A program made the position numbers and the translations under genes. Shown piece after piece: positions 17,521 through 25,892 of a stretch of DNA of 40,558 nt. Each line of letters begins with the position of its first letter. Position 1 is the first letter of the stretch. The notes under the pieces are model-generated. The model ran no database searches. It was given only the letters and a program-made list of their open reading frames with translations, and was not told where the DNA came from. Location of the stretch: contig JAJYWR010000004.1 in the NCBI GenBank assembly GCA_021791395.1, positions 1 through 40,558 of the forward strand. The letters are read 5' to 3'. Source of the DNA: a bacterium. GTDB taxonomy: Bacteria; Patescibacteriota; Minisyncoccia; UBA6257; GWB1-50-10.

Positions 17521-17766
17521 GTGCTCATTTCCGTTAAAAAGATTTTAAGCGGCAATTCTCAAAAGTCGGTCATTGTCATCAGCAAAAAGGTTGCCCCTAA
17601 GGCCTCTGACCGAAATCTTGTACGGAGGAGAATACGCTCGATTATTCATCCATTTGAAGACAAAAAATCCCGGTTTTTTATTGTTGCAAAACCCGGCGCT
17701 TCTGGTTTAAGCTTTAAAGAGTTGCAAAGAGAGGTGGAGTCGCAAATAAAAAGAAAAACCCTTTAA
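17521..17766 (+). CDS. rnpA: Ribonuclease P protein component (short)
   Basis: GTG start right after rpmH; ISKKVAPKASDRNLVRRRIR RNR-like motif; rpmH-rnpA-yidC synteny. Confidence 0.85.
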   Translation: MLISVKKILSGNSQKSVIVISKKVAPKASDRNLVRRRIRSIIHPFEDKKSRFFIVAKPGASGLSFKELQREVESQIKRKTL

Positions 17767-18437
17767 TGTCATTTATTGATCTCTATATTTCAAAGCCGCT
17801 TTTTGCGGTTTTGGTTTTTATTTATCAATCCGTTGCCTTTCACGATCTCGGTTTGTCTATTGTTATCCTTACGGTTTTGGTGCGGATTGTGCTTCTCCCC
17901 TTCTTTTATAAGGGCGCTAAAGATCAAACGATCATGCAGAAACTCCAGCCCCACATCAAGCAAATTCAAGAAAAGCACAAGAACGACAAGGGGAAACAAG
18001 CGGAAGCCCTCATGGAGCTTTATAAGAAGCACAAGATCAATCCGTTTTCCAGTCTCCTTCTCCTCATTATTCAAATACCAATCTTTTTAGCGCTCTTCGA
18101 TTTATTTAGTAATCAAATAAAAAACTTTGGTTTTGTATCCCCAACCTTTTTTGGGCTCTTTGATCTTACGGCGAAAAACTGGATCGTGGTCATCATAGCG
18201 GCGGTTTTCCAATATTTTCAAACCAAAGCCATGATGCCGAAACAAGCCGGAGGAGGAGCTCAAGCACAAATGCAAAAAATCATGACTGTTTTGGGGCCCC
18301 TCGTGACCGTTTTGATTTTAGGGAACCTCCCGTCGGCAATAGCCCTTTACTGGCTGACCTTTACGGTGTTTTCATTCGTTCAGCAAATTTACATCAATAA
18401 GCGAATTGCCGTCGATCCGGTTCCTCTAGAGGAATAA
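17766..18437 (+). CDS. yidC: Membrane protein insertase YidC/Oxa1 (short form)
   Basis: GLSIVILTVLVRIVLLP, MQKLQP, LYKKHKINP, QIPIF, PSAIALYW. Confidence 0.95.
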   Translation: MSFIDLYISKPLFAVLVFIYQSVAFHDLGLSIVILTVLVRIVLLPFFYKGAKDQTIMQKLQPHIKQIQEKHKNDKGKQAEALMELYKKHKINPFSSLLLLIIQIPIFLALFDLFSNQIKNFGFVSPTFFGLFDLTAKNWIVVIIAAVFQYFQTKAMMPKQAGGGAQAQMQKIMTVLGPLVTVLILGNLPSAIALYWLTFTVFSFVQQIYINKRIAVDPVPLEE

Positions 18438-18486
18438 ATGAGCGAGGGGTTGAAAAAGAGCTGGAAATAAGCAATAATTGCCACTA

Positions 18487-18915
18487 ATGGACATAGTTGA
18501 CCACGTACAACAACTCTTTGCCTTGATGGGATTCAATGAGGTTGAGGTGAACGTTGATGAGGATGTGAGGAAAATCTCGATTGTGATTGACGATGAATTT
18601 TTTCGCTCTCAAATTCCGACCATTCTGCAGCCCGTCGAACATCTCATTAATTTAGGATTGAAACGGGGAGAAAAACCCCCGTATGTCGTCGATATGAATT
18701 ACTACCGCCGCGAGCGGGAGCGCTTGATTATTGAGCTCGCCAAGGCCGGCGCGAAGAAAGCGAAGATGTCAAAGGGAGAAGTATCGTTGCCCCCCATGAA
18801 TTCATACGAACGACGCCTTGTTCACGTTGAGATAGCATCAAACCCCGATCTTAAGACGGAGAGTGTTGGTGTGGGGAAGGAACGCCACATCGTCATCATT
18901 CCGATAGAAAATTAA
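18487..18915 (+). CDS. jag: Jag/KhpB-like R3H RNA-binding protein (minimal)
   Basis: PPMNSYERRLVH R3H motif, TESVGVGKERH; downstream of yidC. Confidence 0.8.
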   Translation: MDIVDHVQQLFALMGFNEVEVNVDEDVRKISIVIDDEFFRSQIPTILQPVEHLINLGLKRGEKPPYVVDMNYYRRERERLIIELAKAGAKKAKMSKGEVSLPPMNSYERRLVHVEIASNPDLKTESVGVGKERHIVIIPIEN

Positions 18916-18920
18916 AGTTC

Positions 18921-20087
18921 TTATTTTGAAGAGGGAAGAGCGAGTTGGTAGAGCGATTGGTCGTATCGATTCACAAAATATATATTATTTCCGAAGGAGG
19001 TAACCTCTGTGGCGTCGAGCATTGGTATGCCGGGTGCGCCGCTTAGGATAACCGCCCTCGTATTGCCGCTCGCAAATTGATAGTTATAGAGAATATCAAT
19101 CGTGTAGAACGCCTTCATGAGGTAATCGTCCGGCATGGTGACACTCTGGGTCAGGTTTTCCGGAGAGAAGCAGTAGATACTAGACGAAGAAGCGTTAGCC
19201 GACAAGTCGCATTTATTGGGGAGCGAAGGGAAGGGAAGGTTCGATGGTTGAAGAGTTGAAGTGTTGATAATGCTTGTTGTGCCATTTACCGTTTCATAAA
19301 TAAGAGATCCGTCGGCGCTCGGCTCGGAAAAGAGACCGTTTTGAGGTTCGAGGAGCATGTTGAGCGACAATGTTTTCAAATTTAGTTCCCACACGCTTCC
19401 CTGGTACGAACTTGAGGGCCTTTCGGTGATGATGAGTGTTCCGGGAGCGCTGAAGGTGAGTATCGCATTGTGGAAATAAACATTGTTCATAATTGTTTTG
19501 AAGGAGGGCGGGTTTTTTGTTAAATCAACATAAGCAAGGGAGTATGAATCAATGTTCTTTGTAAAGGCGATGAGCTGATTTTGATTTGCGCCCCACGTGG
19601 CATTTTCAATCGATTGGGGAAGAGGGTGCCATGTTTTATCAACTGCGTTGTAAACGGCCCATTGTGGCGACGTGGGGTCGCCGAAGGAAACGAGCACCTC
19701 TTGTCCGTTTTGGTAGACTTCGGCGCTCCGAAGTGCGCTCACGGTTTGTTGTGATTCAGATACATCACCCCCGTTTTTGGCGTTCCAAACCTCGCCGTCA
19801 GTCCCCAAGTATCGAACATCGCTCGTTTGAGGATCAACCCAGTAATAAAAGACGTTGTGGTCGGATATTTTTGTGAGCGTTGGTACGTTGACGGCGGAAG
19901 TTGTCGCCGTCGACGTTTCACTTGCGCCACCCGTCGTTCCCCCGGTCGGTAAACTTCCTCCGCCGGTGGTTGCGGAGGGGGTGGGTGAAACCGGCTTCGG
20001 GACGAAAAAGGTCCAGATAAAATACACAACGAGTCCGACGACAATTACAACCCCCAAGTAAATGAATATTTTTGAAAATCGTTTCAT
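18921..20087 (-). CDS. Membrane-anchored extracellular protein, beta-rich (possible propeller); last gene of the T4SS-like cluster
   Basis: N-terminal TM, Thr/Gly/Pro linker, beta-strand-rich remainder. Confidence 0.7.
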   Translation of the reverse strand: MKRFSKIFIYLGVVIVVGLVVYFIWTFFVPKPVSPTPSATTGGGSLPTGGTTGGASETSTATTSAVNVPTLTKISDHNVFYYWVDPQTSDVRYLGTDGEVWNAKNGGDVSESQQTVSALRSAEVYQNGQEVLVSFGDPTSPQWAVYNAVDKTWHPLPQSIENATWGANQNQLIAFTKNIDSYSLAYVDLTKNPPSFKTIMNNVYFHNAILTFSAPGTLIITERPSSSYQGSVWELNLKTLSLNMLLEPQNGLFSEPSADGSLIYETVNGTTSIINTSTLQPSNLPFPSLPNKCDLSANASSSSIYCFSPENLTQSVTMPDDYLMKAFYTIDILYNYQFASGNTRAVILSGAPGIPMLDATEVTSFGNNIYFVNRYDQSLYQLALPSSK

Positions 20088-20093
20088 GGTAAG

Positions 20094-20948
20094 TTAATTT
20101 CCACTCAATGAAATGTGGATGTGCTCTTCCGACTCGCTGTAGTTCGAGCAATTATAGCGGATGTTTGAGTTTGCGTTTGTTGTGCAAATTTGATCGATGG
20201 GTACTCCATCCAACGTTCCATTGGTGCGATTGAGATTGTTTTGAATGTACGTTACAAGAGCACTCGTCGTCCGGAGGTCGAAAACGGGCTTGTTGAGACC
20301 GTGGGATACGTGACCAATTTCCGTCCCCCCGGTCACGGTGATATCGCAATTGCACGCCTTTTTCAAAGCAACGAGGAAGCTGATGGCGTTCGATGGCATA
20401 TCGGCCAAGCTGGTGCATTTTGCGTTGTATGCGTTGTAGCAGCCACCCGTTGAAGAGACGCCAACACCCGCGCTTTCGAGCGTTGTGAGGTTTGTGGCAT
20501 TACTAGCCCACATATCCGGCGACATTTGACCCCCGGGCACTGCTGGCGTCGGGGCAAAGGGCGCGCTGGGCGGCACGAGTTGCACCAAATTTGGATTGAT
20601 TTGATTCAAAATAAGATAAGCGCCGAAGAGGAGGACCAGACCGAAAAGAGCCGATGTTATGAAATCTCTCCCCTCCCGCTCTTTATCAACGCTCCCAGAA
20701 ATGGATATAAGAATGGAACCCCAGACGATCATACCAACGGCAAGAATGCCGCCGATGCCGAGGCCAAATCGATAGAGAAGCTGAATATAGCCGTTTAAGC
20801 TGCTCGAGGCGTTGCAGGTCCCATAGACGTCAGTGAGGAGGCAGGGCGGCGAGCTGTAAAGTTGAAGATCGAGCGCATGGGTCAAGGGGGGGAGAGCAAT
20901 AAAGAGCAGCGCGGCCACAATTAAAATTTTTTTCTTCTTATTGGACAT
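20094..20948 (-). CDS. VirB2/TrbC-like pilin fused to a putative M15/LAS-type Zn peptidase domain
   Basis: Signal peptide; pilin core (LAVGMIVWGS...GRDFITSALFGLVLLFGAYLILNQINP); C-terminal VTGGTEIGHVSH...FD...HIH. Confidence 0.7.
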   Translation of the reverse strand: MSNKKKKILIVAALLFIALPPLTHALDLQLYSSPPCLLTDVYGTCNASSSLNGYIQLLYRFGLGIGGILAVGMIVWGSILISISGSVDKEREGRDFITSALFGLVLLFGAYLILNQINPNLVQLVPPSAPFAPTPAVPGGQMSPDMWASNATNLTTLESAGVGVSSTGGCYNAYNAKCTSLADMPSNAISFLVALKKACNCDITVTGGTEIGHVSHGLNKPVFDLRTTSALVTYIQNNLNRTNGTLDGVPIDQICTTNANSNIRYNCSNYSESEEHIHISLSGN

Positions 20949-21624
20949 AAAGGTTCGTTTTTCCATATGCGAATTCGAATGCATTCGCTGTGTTTTGTAC
21001 CGAAGCGTTGATGGAGATGTTTTGTGCCGCGCCAACCTGCCCAACTTGGAGCGATAAGGTGTTGTCGGTGGTACTTGTCACGCTTTGAAGATTGTTGATG
21101 GTCCAAGAAAAAAGGAAATCATTGAAGGAGCCGACGTTGAAGAAGTACGGGATTATTTCAAGGTTGGCTGTTGAGTTTTGGTTTACGGTTTGGGCTGGAT
21201 AGGGAGCATTGATGACAGCCCTGTAGTTTACCACGGGGATTCTTGTTGACGCGGAAATGGTTTGCCCCCCCACCCCTATTTGCACACTTACGATATGGGA
21301 GTCACCCGCGGTTTTTGTGACGGTAAAGTTCGTCTGGGACTCTCCGACGCCGCCATTCATAAAATTCCCGTCCACATACCAAAGAATCGGCAGGTTTGAT
21401 GCGTCTTGAATTTTTTGATTATTGAGGACGATGACGAATAATGAAACGGTCGTGCCGTTGGTTGGGAGCGCCTTTCCAATAAAATCGGAAGGATAGTAAT
21501 TGTTTGCTCGCCAGGTGATGACGGCCGAGTAGTTATTTGCCGCTTGAGCGCTTGTTTTTGTCGCCACTCCGAGGGCCACAATAAGGGCAATGAGTACAAT
21601 AAAAATTGTTTTTGTGGTATTCAT
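20938..21624 (-). CDS. Secreted hypothetical protein (Ig-like beta-sandwich repeats likely)
   Basis: Signal peptide; two W-containing beta-rich segments (ILWYVDG, FSWTINN); overlaps its neighbours. Confidence 0.7.
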   Translation of the reverse strand: MNTTKTIFIVLIALIVALGVATKTSAQAANNYSAVITWRANNYYPSDFIGKALPTNGTTVSLFVIVLNNQKIQDASNLPILWYVDGNFMNGGVGESQTNFTVTKTAGDSHIVSVQIGVGGQTISASTRIPVVNYRAVINAPYPAQTVNQNSTANLEIIPYFFNVGSFNDFLFSWTINNLQSVTSTTDNTLSLQVGQVGAAQNISINASVQNTANAFEFAYGKTNLYVQ

Positions 21625-22079
21625 GGCAATTTGCTTAAGGCCTTAGCGGCTTTCCCGGCGGGAATTTGCGAGGTTATTTTAGAGATCTTTTTGCTGTTGG
21701 TCATAAAGACGGTTACGAGCCAACCTGCCGTTCGGAGCGGCAAGTCGCTCACGAGTGGGATTGAGTCGGCAACACCAACCAAGAGAAAGGTATAGTTTTT
21801 GATGTGTTTGAAAAAAAGGTAAACTTGAACGCCGCCGGTGATGAAGAGTCCGACTGCGGAACAGAGGAGCGAAACGGGAAGGAGTATCACCTGTCCGGCT
21901 ACCGGCACGAATTCAAGGAGTCCCACCATAAGTTCCACAAAATCCACAAACAAGAGAAGTGGTGTGATGAGGAAAATTTCTCCCCATCCGATCTTTGGGG
22001 CGTCGCCCGCGATATCCCGTGCGGCCCCATCAATCCCCTCCGCATTGAATTCTTGTAATGGTTTTAAATTTTCATCCAT
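21621..22079 (-). CDS. Hypothetical integral membrane protein
   Basis: Several hydrophobic segments; overlaps the virB4 stop. Confidence 0.7.
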   Translation of the reverse strand: MDENLKPLQEFNAEGIDGAARDIAGDAPKIGWGEIFLITPLLLFVDFVELMVGLLEFVPVAGQVILLPVSLLCSAVGLFITGGVQVYLFFKHIKNYTFLLVGVADSIPLVSDLPLRTAGWLVTVFMTNSKKISKITSQIPAGKAAKALSKLP

Positions 22080-23835
22080 TGTTTTCTTCTTTTATCCCCT
22101 TTGTTTCGAGGATTTGTTCGGGGTTTGTCGTGACAATTTGATCCTCGGTATACGAGGCGATGATGCGGATTGCGGCGTGTTTCAGGCCGGCAAAAAGCAA
22201 TCCTTCGCCGACGGCCGACTCGAGGAGTAATGCAGATTCTCCGTCGGTTAAGTTAAATGCTTTTTTTAGTGAATCAATGCTCGACGGTGACTGTTTAAGG
22301 AGAAGCTGCATGGCCGAGTTGGTAACGATCGGATGGCCGTATTCAGAGCGGAGAAAATCGTCTACATCCTGGGTTATCGTCGTAACACCGAGGTAATATT
22401 TTCGGGCACGCTTTACGAGACCAAACAAGAACGAAGCGCTGTCTTTGTATTTCATCATCCACCATGCTTCGTCGATCACGAGAAGTCGTTGCTTAAGTTC
22501 GGAGCGCACGAGATTCCAGACGAAGTTCAAAACGATATACATCGCGATCGGCCGAAGCTCTTCTTCGAGGTCGCGGATAGAAAAGACGATCAGCCGGTTC
22601 TTAATATCGACGTTCGTCGGAGCGTTCGTGAAGCCGGAATACGACCCATGGGTGTATTTATCCAACCGCTCCGCAATCCCCGATCCCCCCTCGGTATTTC
22701 GAAGGATGGTTTGGAGATCCTCAAGGAGCGGAGGGTTCATTTCTTTCAGTGTTCCGAAGTTTTCCGCGGTAATGTCACGGGATGTATATGTTTCAGTGAT
22801 CGCACGGTCGAGGAGAGCTTCTTCTTCCGGTGTTATGACCCCCAACATCAACTTTACGAGGCCGGTGAGGTTTAAAATGTGCGACTTGAAAACATCGGCC
22901 GGCTCTTCTCCTTCGGGGATAATGGGGATATCAAAAGGATTGATGTGATTTTTGGAGGTAAGCGAGATTTTAAAATAACTCCCTCCAATGGAATCGGCGA
23001 GATTTTGATATTCGTTTTCTGGATCAATCACAATGACATCGGTTCCCATCATGAGGGATCGGAGTATTTGAAGTTTTGTGGCGTACGATTTGCCGGATCC
23101 TGATTTGGCGAAGACGACCATGTTGGCGTTTTCAAGGGAAAAGCGGTCGAAAATAATGAGGGTATTGTTTTGCATATTGATCCCGTAGAGAATGCCGTTT
23201 TCAGAGGTGAGATCAGCAGAGGTGAAGGGGAAGATCGAGGACGCCGGCCCGCTGTTCAAGGGAGTTCTCACGGCAAGGACATCCTTTGCAATGGGAAGGA
23301 CGGAATTGAAGCCGTCTAATTGCCTGAAGAGGGCGGGTTTTACATACACAAGCCGGCTCTCCATGGCGTTCGTCACGGTTTCCTCGGTTTTTGCGAGCTC
23401 TTCAAGGCTCGAGGCATAAATCGTGATATAAACGCCGACCTCGAAGAGTCGTTCCCTTGCCTGCTGGAGTGCATCCCGCAGGTTTTCAATATCTTGGTAG
23501 GCAGTTTCAAGGATGGGGTCTCGCACAATCCCCTTTTCTTCCTTTTCTCCTATCTCAGCCTCAACTTGAGTTACTTTTTTTCTCAAGTTCCTTAAGGCGA
23601 GGGCGGTATCCATGGGGTGGATAAATATGGAAATATCCATCATGGCCGGCAAATTGATGATCGGCGAAAACCACCCCGTCGAAATGTACCGCGGATACGT
23701 GAAGATGAAGAAGGTTTTGGCAAAATAATCGCCGACCTTCAAGTAGTTGGAATTTACCTCCACACCCGACGGAGCGACGATGTTGAAGAGATCTTCTTCT
23801 CCTGGCTTGTATGCTTTTGGTATTTGAACCTTCAT
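22072..23835 (-). CDS. virB4: VirB4-like (TraE/ConE) type IV secretion ATPase
   Basis: Walker A AKSGSGKS, IDPENEY, INPFD, Walker B VIDEAW, RARKY, ITQDV. Confidence 0.9.
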   Translation of the reverse strand: MKVQIPKAYKPGEEDLFNIVAPSGVEVNSNYLKVGDYFAKTFFIFTYPRYISTGWFSPIINLPAMMDISIFIHPMDTALALRNLRKKVTQVEAEIGEKEEKGIVRDPILETAYQDIENLRDALQQARERLFEVGVYITIYASSLEELAKTEETVTNAMESRLVYVKPALFRQLDGFNSVLPIAKDVLAVRTPLNSGPASSIFPFTSADLTSENGILYGINMQNNTLIIFDRFSLENANMVVFAKSGSGKSYATKLQILRSLMMGTDVIVIDPENEYQNLADSIGGSYFKISLTSKNHINPFDIPIIPEGEEPADVFKSHILNLTGLVKLMLGVITPEEEALLDRAITETYTSRDITAENFGTLKEMNPPLLEDLQTILRNTEGGSGIAERLDKYTHGSYSGFTNAPTNVDIKNRLIVFSIRDLEEELRPIAMYIVLNFVWNLVRSELKQRLLVIDEAWWMMKYKDSASFLFGLVKRARKYYLGVTTITQDVDDFLRSEYGHPIVTNSAMQLLLKQSPSSIDSLKKAFNLTDGESALLLESAVGEGLLFAGLKHAAIRIIASYTEDQIVTTNPEQILETKGIKEENNG

Positions 23836-23842
23836 GGATTGA

Positions 23843-24496
23843 TTATTGGATAGCTACGCCTTTTTTCTCAGTCAGTTGCGGATTGTAGAGATTATAAAAT
23901 AATTCAGTGAGTTCATCGTCTTCCAGGGGTGTCGCGCGAAGATCCATTTGTTGAAGGCCGGCAATGATACCTTCGACCCGGTTCCTCAGTTGTTCGAGGT
24001 TCTCTTGAATTTTAACGCCGGCCGCTTGGTTTTCCGACGGTGTCGGTGCGCGTTTTCCGAACTTGAACACATTGAAGAGTCCCGACGTTGTCGCAGTTGT
24101 TTCGGGTGTTGGGTTGTAAGGAATGGCAATGAAGAAATTTTTGCTGATGATTGCATTTTCTTCGACGAATGATTTTATAAAGCTGAGGTACTCGTCGATT
24201 TGTATTTTCAAAAGTTCATTCGTTTCGTTCTTTTTTCGTTCGCTGATATTCTCGATGTATTTTTGGATATTAACCTTTCTGGAATGGATGAAAAATTGCG
24301 TCCTGAAATCGAGGGAATTGAGAAATTTTTGGAACGTACCAATGATGGCGTTTTGTTCTTCTTCCGATTTAAGGTCGAAGTTGATGCCGTTAACCATGAT
24401 GACTTGAACCAAGCCGCCGTCCTTGAGATAGATGACGCCGTCTTTGATCTTTCTGATCTCCACCAGATTTTGTGTTGGGAGGCTTGTTTGAGCCAT
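23843..24496 (-). CDS. VirB4-associated protein (resembles a separated VirB4 N-terminal/TraC-like module)
   Basis: INFDLKSEEEQ..F..FLNSLDF, LFYNLYNP; lies between prgI and virB4. Confidence 0.65.
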   Translation of the reverse strand: MAQTSLPTQNLVEIRKIKDGVIYLKDGGLVQVIMVNGINFDLKSEEEQNAIIGTFQKFLNSLDFRTQFFIHSRKVNIQKYIENISERKKNETNELLKIQIDEYLSFIKSFVEENAIISKNFFIAIPYNPTPETTATTSGLFNVFKFGKRAPTPSENQAAGVKIQENLEQLRNRVEGIIAGLQQMDLRATPLEDDELTELFYNLYNPQLTEKKGVAIQ

Positions 24497-24509
24497 TTCT
24501 TTTATTTTA

Positions 24510-25004
24510 TCAATAGTCAACCCGCTTGGCTAATTTTTGTTCACCGGTCAAGTAGGTCACAACTTCGTACCCTTCCCTTTTCTTTTCTTCCTCTCCCGGC
24601 AGACCCTTCCCAAGGATCCGTCCGACGGAAACCTTAAGGGCGAGGGATTTCAACTTTTCTTGGATGCTCATGTTCTTTCGAAGATTGTTTAAATCTTCGT
24701 CGGAAAGCTCCAGGGTGGTCTCGGCAAGCTGCCGCTGCCATGTGTAAGTCCTTGATTGTGTGAAATAACTGAAGACCGAGCCGAGAACCCTCGTCATGTC
24801 TTGCCCGTTGACCTTTACAAATGCGAGTGCGATGCCGGCGGCAAAAGCGATCAGACTTACAAAAATCCAAATGAACGCGTTGAAGATGTTGTATGCGACA
24901 AAACTTACCGCCGCCGCTCCGGCAAGATAAAAAAATTGCACAAGCGTGAGTGGCCCAACGATTTTTGCCTTTTGTTCTATAAATTGAGGTACTTGAAACT
25001 CCAT
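24510..25004 (-). CDS. PrgI family (VirB3-like) membrane protein
   Basis: FQVPQFIE..KIVGPLTLVQFFYL followed by two TM helices. Confidence 0.85.
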   Translation of the reverse strand: MEFQVPQFIEQKAKIVGPLTLVQFFYLAGAAAVSFVAYNIFNAFIWIFVSLIAFAAGIALAFVKVNGQDMTRVLGSVFSYFTQSRTYTWQRQLAETTLELSDEDLNNLRKNMSIQEKLKSLALKVSVGRILGKGLPGEEEKKREGYEVVTYLTGEQKLAKRVDY

Positions 25005-25013
25005 GATCAATGA

Positions 25014-25889
25014 TTATCCCTTGAGATTAATGACGTTCCCCTCAAGGGTGGGTCCGGCTTCCGCTGGTTTTGGTTCTTGCTTTTTCATAATGGCGTTGAT
25101 AAACGGTTTCTCTTCGGTGGGTTTTTCGGGCACCCCTACCTCGGGGGCCGGTTTGACGAGGGGAACAATTTCCTCGGTTTTTAAGAATTCACCGCCCGCT
25201 TCGAAGGGGGAGATTGTAGATCGCGATTCCATATAGTGTACAACCCTCTTCGTATTGTCGGAGGGCGTTTCCACCTCCGCCTTTACGGTTTTGGATTCCG
25301 CGATGGCAGTCGGTTTTTTCGATTTGAAAAATCCCATCGAGAACGATGGCAACACTCTTCCTGAAAATCCCGACGACGGTCGCGTTTCCTCGGGCTTTCC
25401 TTGGAGAACAAAAGGAGTCGCCTCCTCCTCTTTTTTTATTTTTGGAGAAACCTCCTCCATTCGCAGGATTGGAATGGTCTCCGGTTCGGATTCTGAGACA
25501 TCAAGAGATTCCAAGTGTATGGTTTTTTCTTCTCTCGCCGGCTCTAAATCCTCCTTAAGGCCAAGGTGCTCGATGTCTTCCGCATCACTCGCTTTGATCT
25601 CGCTGATGTCGACGCCCCACCGGAAGAGCGGGTATCGTTCCGATTCGAGAATGCGCTCCTTTATTGCCTTCGCTACTGATTTTGCTATTTTTTCACCGAT
25701 GCCCGTTTCCGCAAGGGATTCAATGAAATAATGAGCAGGCGTTTCCTTTGCAATGAGATCGTAAAAAGCGCCCGGCAGAAGTGCGGGATTTGCGATGCAG
25801 GCCTTACTCCTGATGTCATCGAGAATCTCGTCAACTCGTTCCGAGAAGAGGCTGTTTTTTATGTTTTGCGGAATTTCGTCGAACGTCAT
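25014..25889 (-). CDS. Hypothetical cytoplasmic protein with a disordered Glu/Pro-rich C-half
   Basis: 291-aa ORF tightly packed within the operon; ends in GNVINLKG. Confidence 0.7.
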   Translation of the reverse strand: MTFDEIPQNIKNSLFSERVDEILDDIRSKACIANPALLPGAFYDLIAKETPAHYFIESLAETGIGEKIAKSVAKAIKERILESERYPLFRWGVDISEIKASDAEDIEHLGLKEDLEPAREEKTIHLESLDVSESEPETIPILRMEEVSPKIKKEEEATPFVLQGKPEETRPSSGFSGRVLPSFSMGFFKSKKPTAIAESKTVKAEVETPSDNTKRVVHYMESRSTISPFEAGGEFLKTEEIVPLVKPAPEVGVPEKPTEEKPFINAIMKKQEPKPAEAGPTLEGNVINLKG

Positions 25890-25892
25890 AGG

